Shown here: positions 58,901 to 64,000 of the stretch, in pieces
How positions within the stretch are numbered: position 1 is the stretch's first letter
How the letters are laid out: every line of letters starts with the position of its first letter
NCBI GenBank assembly: GCA_036172245.1
Contig: JAYWIR010000026.1
Coordinates: forward strand, 930,001 to 994,000
Source of the DNA: Raillietiella orientalis
Lineage: Eukaryota
Reading direction: 5' to 3'
Length of the DNA: 64,000 nt
The notes under the pieces: generated by a model
Databases searched by the model: none
What the model was told of the DNA's origin: nothing
What the model saw: only the letters and a program-made list of their open reading frames with translations
Position numbers and translations under genes: made by a program

Positions 58901-61900
58901 AAAAGGGATACAATTCTTGCAATGTTGGATCCTTCAATGCTGCTGTGGGCAATGGTTGGAGATCTAGTAATTCTAGGGAGATAATCAGTTTAAATGGCTG
59001 TTCTTTTTGCACAAAAACCATTTACTTGTATGTGGTGGATGACGAACTGGTAAAATCAGATGCTGAAAGTTAAGGGAGAGAACATTATCACATCCTAGCC
59101 AACGATCACTGAGTACCCGTACTAGATACCAAGAAGGCAATGGTTCGGAGATAGGAATGGCAAATACAACGAGGACTTTTTCTTTTTGAACCACCTACAC
59201 CCAAATAACCACACTAAAGAAGTCAGATTCCTGACCTGCTTTTTGCTGATGATCACAAAATCATGATGATACATATGATTGGTGTTGAGATCTTCCACCC
59301 AGATCCAGAAAGATTCCCCTGTCCGTCCACTAATTGCATCTACCCACGTAAAATCTGGTTGAAGTGTCAGGCGAACCCTCAAAATGTTGCTTGTGATTGG
59401 CTGCAGCACAGCATCCAATTCCAAGTGTGGCAAGCCACAAGCAAGCTTCTTGACTTCATCAGCCATTCTTTGGTTTTGAATTAAGTGTCCTAGGCAATAT
59501 TTTATGATTGACGAATAATGTGTTCTCACCTATTTCTTTTGGATCAAGGTCTCTCAATTTCTCCAGACCTAATTTTTTACTTTCAATCTTATCCAAAATC
59601 TCAACACTCAAACCAGACACTTGTCTTAGTGGATGCATAAAATGCCACTGACGTTGTTCCAACACTTTGCAAAGAGTCAGTAATCTGCCTGAAAGAAGGG
59701 GCCAACCACGGTGCAATACAATCTCAAATAATCCGCGCAGTATTCTTGCAGCATTCTTGAATACACATGAGAAAAAATCACATATGATAATTTTAACCTT
59801 ACTTGTGAGATGTATGCCATATCGGAAACAAGAGAGAAACTCTCGAGCAGACTACGACCAATATATGTTTGCAGCAAAATGTTCACCTTGCCATATACAT
59901 TTTCACAACCTCCTGGAACACGTACTTGGCAGTCTTCATTTAAATGACTGTCTAGTTCACTCAGTTCATCATCTCTCACCTGATAACATATGGTAACTAC
60001 CATCATAAAAAAGTTGCTCAAATGCAATACCTTGAGCTGGTTAAACTCTTGTGCTTTTGAAATAAGAGCCAATAAATCGGCCTCTGTCATCATAGGTAGC
60101 AGCATTTCATTGAAAATTTCAATGGTGTCATGTTTGATGTAGAAGTGACTTGCAATACGTCCTAGGTCTTCAAGACACAAATATATGATACCATTTTCTT
60201 ATTATAAGTTCACCTGTAGCAAATAAATAACCATTGCAATCATCATAGCGAATCATGTGACTTTTATCTAGAGTGCAAGCCGCTTGGTGCACTATCTGGG
60301 TACGATAATTGACCAGAAACGGATCATCTAATACTTCTTGATATTTAATGCCATATGTCTGTGGACTAGCACGCATTCGCACATACAAATACGTGTAGCT
60401 AAGCCAAGTAACAGCTTCCTGAATGGTACCTACTGTACCCAACGATATCTGCGAAAACACAATTCTTGTTGATTTAAGAAAACAAAATTACCTCAGCATT
60501 TAGATTGTCAACTAGCTGTTGCACAAAGCTGCTTTCAATAGGGTATTGACAAGTTAGCAAGGATAGATAGTGATTCAATTTTGCATGAGAGGTTAGGATG
60601 ATTCCATGACCAATTTTATCAAACTGAGGTCTTCCAGCACGTCCAAAAATCTGCATGACATCCAAAACACTCAGATCAACAAAGTTACCATATTTGGAAT
60701 CATAAATATCTGTGCCCTGTTGCCTGGTTGATGAAATGAATAAAATAAACTGTTTATTTTCGACCTTGATGATGACTGCATGTGCTGGAAGATTAATACC
60801 CCAGGCCAATGTAGATGTACATACAAGCACTTTGATTAAGCCATTGGCAAAACATCGTTCCACTAAAGTACTGAATCCAAATGTGCGTAAATATAAGACA
60901 AGAAAAAATAATTACCGATCAGTTCTGAGCATACCAGCATGATGAATGGAAAAACCATCTGCAAAAAGTTCCCTCAATTGCTTGTTTTTGGAACGGAGAA
61001 TTGCTTTATAAGCTGTGCCATATTCAAGAGATGAAACACAACGAAAATTCAATATCTCATCTGAGTGCAATGCCAAGTCACGCAACACAAGGGCTGTGCG
61101 AACAGTAGCATTTCGTGCATGAACAAATACCATCACCTAAAGCATGACTTCTTTCTTCAAGATATAAACCTACTTGAAACCCTTCTTTCACAAACTGCAA
61201 CACCTTCCTAAAGCACACTTGATCCATATCCTGAAGTTGCTGTAGAGGATTGGTCACTTTCATTCCTATGAAAGTTTGAGAAAGTGGCACTGGTCTGAAA
61301 AAGCTATTAGAAAATTTCAAGCAACACAACAACTACCTAAATCTTCCATCAAAATAAAACAATCCAGTAGAGGGATTCACCTTGAGAAAACGGGCTACAT
61401 CCACATAGCCAGGTAAGGTGGCTGATAAGCCAACAATGCGAATCATGGATTGTGAAGATTCCACCTTAATTTGAAGAAGTCATCATATTCTAGATAAAAA
61501 ACATACCTGTCGTAGTGTTCGTGCGACTAAGGCTTCAATAACTGGACCACGATCACCATGCAGCAAATGTACTTCATCAATGATAAGCAACTTGGTTAAA
61601 GTGACCAGAGTGGCATCACCTAGTATAGTTACCTATTAACTACTTTTCACACTACACATAAAACTACCTGGTTTTCTGGTGATTACATCCCATTTTTCTG
61701 GAGTGGTGACTATCATCTGAGTGGATAAGATTTCCGACTTTGTGAGTTGCATGTCTCCAGTGAGTTCACGAACTTTCAACCCAAGAGGATCCAAGTTCTT
61801 ACTAAATGTTCGCACCATTTCAGCTGCCAGAGCCTTCATTGGTGCCACATATACAATCTACAAATGATTTAATCCAAGAAAGGCAAATTATAACCCAACT

Positions 61901-63735
61901 TTGAAGGAGTCTTTAAGTATGGTTGAACCTTCCATGTGCATTTTAATCTGATGACCAACAGTAAGCAAAGCTATATTCGTTTTTCCAGCTCCTGTGGGAG
62001 CACATACCAGTAGATTCTCATTACTATGATAGGCAGTATTCAGCACAACAGACTGAATGGGGTTCAAGTACTTGCAGCCACGAAACAACAATTGTCCAAG
62101 CTAACTAGATGATAATAAATGCAAGTTGAATGCATACTCACATCATCCAACTGATCAATTGCAATTCTTTTCTGATTATGTAATGGGGAAGTAGTTGTAG
62201 CAGGAATGAAAATTTCCTCATAATTTGCTTCATTGGTGCATTTGTAATCAGAAGGCAATGACATTTTGCAGCCAGAAATATAAGCTGTGACATCAATAAA
62301 AAACATGGATTAATTCACCAATCATTCACCTGCTGTATTTTTAGTTTCTTGGGAAGAATCAAATACAAAAGGATAATTTACTTGTGATGAAGAACTGTGG
62401 AAAAGTGGTTGTGATGAGGAACCATGGAAAAGTGGTCGCACTGAAGCAGCTAACAGTGCATTTTCTCTACAAAAAGCACTGCATACACTAAGTGCAAATA
62501 CACCTTACCTTTCTTTCTGAAGCTCCTGCCAGGTTTCATTATCTTTTCCGCTGGACTTGTTCATGAATTTTTTTTCTTCTTTACGAATCATTTTTCTCAA
62601 CTGCTTTTCCTGTTCTGACTCTACTAATACCATTCCTTGACAAACTGGCTGCTTGAAACGTTCCTCTTTCCTGTATGTGGAATAAATACTCGAATCTGCT
62701 TTACGATTACCACATCTATTTGAGCTTCCATGACAGAGTTCTAGACGATGTGCAAGGATCTGACTAATTAAATCTAGTTGATTAAAACCTAACAGTTCAC
62801 AAAGCTTTCACAAGAGATAAATCAACTCTCAAGGTTTACAACACACCTCATTTTCTAATTCCAAATTGCTTTTAGAAGTCATTAATAAGGTTATCACTGA
62901 AGCAGCCATTTCAGAGACTGTGACATTAACATCAGGGCACAACTTCTCTTTTAACCACTGCAAATCAAACTTGACTCTGTTTGCTGCTATTTGAGGTGGC
63001 TTAGTAGAAGCTTTCACAACAGACATAAAACTTTCTCTTGTCAACAGGCTATCTAGAGGTTCGTTGAAGCTAAGTTTGAAGAGTTTATCTACTTCAAGAT
63101 CTTTCAGTGGATCCGAACATGAGAATCTGATGTTAGTTCCGAATGCTTTTGTCAACAGTTTCCATGCATCTGAGGTGTCATTAGTGAAGATCAATTCCTG
63201 ATGAAAATTTTGCAACAATGCCTTAACAATCTGAAATACTTCTAGTGACATAATTAAAACAAGGTAAAACAAACTTTAGAGGCATCGTCAAATAAACGCC
63301 TATCAATAATTCCAAATAAATTACGCAGCTTAATGAAATCTTGGGTGTCAAGAGAATCTTTATTCAACAAGATGTTGAATAAATAGCATATTACATCTTG
63401 AATAATTTCAATTTTTTCTTCTGCACACATCGTACTGCGTATAATTTTAATCAAATTTGCCAGTTCTTTTTGCAAATTTTCATCCGGGGACTTCACTAAC
63501 GTTTGCAACTTATTCCAAGTAATGTGAACATTCCTAATAATAGAATCAACAAATCAATAAGCCTGCAGGTTAATATTGAAGGAGTCCGAAACCTTTTATG
63601 CCTTTCAAACTGTTCTATGTACTTCTCATTTAGATTGAAAGATTCACATGTTGTCTCTGCAGTACTTAGAGATGTATGTGCAATAAATGCTCCTGATAAT
63701 CGTGGAACATCCAATTGATTGATAAAATTTTCCAT
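55941..63735 (-). CDS. ASCC3: Activating signal cointegrator 1 complex subunit 3 (tandem Ski2-like helicase + Sec63 cassettes), ~32 exons
   Basis: N-terminal VPRLSGAF (ASCC3-type rather than BRR2). Two helicase cassettes: [26 protein letters not shown] and [26 protein letters not shown]. Sec63 regions and C-terminal [15 protein letters not shown]. About 31 introns of 40-59 nt. AATAAA on the minus strand at 55923-55928. Confidence 0.96.
56933..56981 (-). other. GC-AG intron (49 nt) in ASCC3
   Basis: Exon ends ATG AAC AG|GCAAGA and the intron ends TTTATTAG. Splicing gives [18 protein letters not shown]; no GT donor of workable spacing is available. Confidence 0.8.
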
Positions 63736-64000
63736 TTAAATATGCTATTGCTTAAATATACTGGTAAAAATACGATTGCAACATTCATAGGTTCAACTCA
63801 CAAGCTTCGCATTTATGAAAAGAGCACGGAATGTATAGAGCCGTACGCTTCAAGTTTTCCTCTTTCAGACTATTTTGAACTGTCTTTTAACAAGTGTTAC
63901 CAAGTTCATGACAAAACAACCAACCAACCATTATAAAATCATAAAATTATTTTATGATTTCCCAATATATATTATCAAATCATCATGAAAAACAACGCTC

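Noticed and set aside
55941..63735. Alternative call as SNRNP200/BRR2
   Set aside because: The N-terminal PRLSGA motif, absence of a recognisable BRR2-type N-terminus, and second-cassette motifs ([23 protein letters not shown]) favour ASCC3.

Overview
Animal (invertebrate, probably arthropod) nuclear DNA with two sharply different compartments. Positions ~1-47.5 kb are CpG-rich and filled with decayed retroelements: L1/Tx1-like, RLE-type R2/R4/NeSL-like, Penelope-like, and a tRNA-headed SINE-like family. This part holds two convergent genes: a group-7-allergen-like (Der p 7/TULIP) gene (+, 7324-8481) and an SLC16/monocarboxylate-type MFS transporter (-, 8578-33120). The transporter's first intron is ~21 kb and contains a mitochondrial COI insertion (NUMT). 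Positions ~47.5-64 kb are AT-rich and very compact, with TBCEL (+), CEP97 (+) and ASCC3 (-); their ~42 introns are all 40-59 nt and the gene bodies are CpG-depleted. Highlights: a 47-nt U12-type (minor spliceosome) intron in CEP97, a GC-AG intron in ASCC3, a ~500-fold intron-size range within one window, a perfect 21-bp hairpin, and a tandem CCAAT/CRE promoter repeat. All gene models and family calls were made by eye from reading frames, splice signals and remembered motifs; no database search was run.
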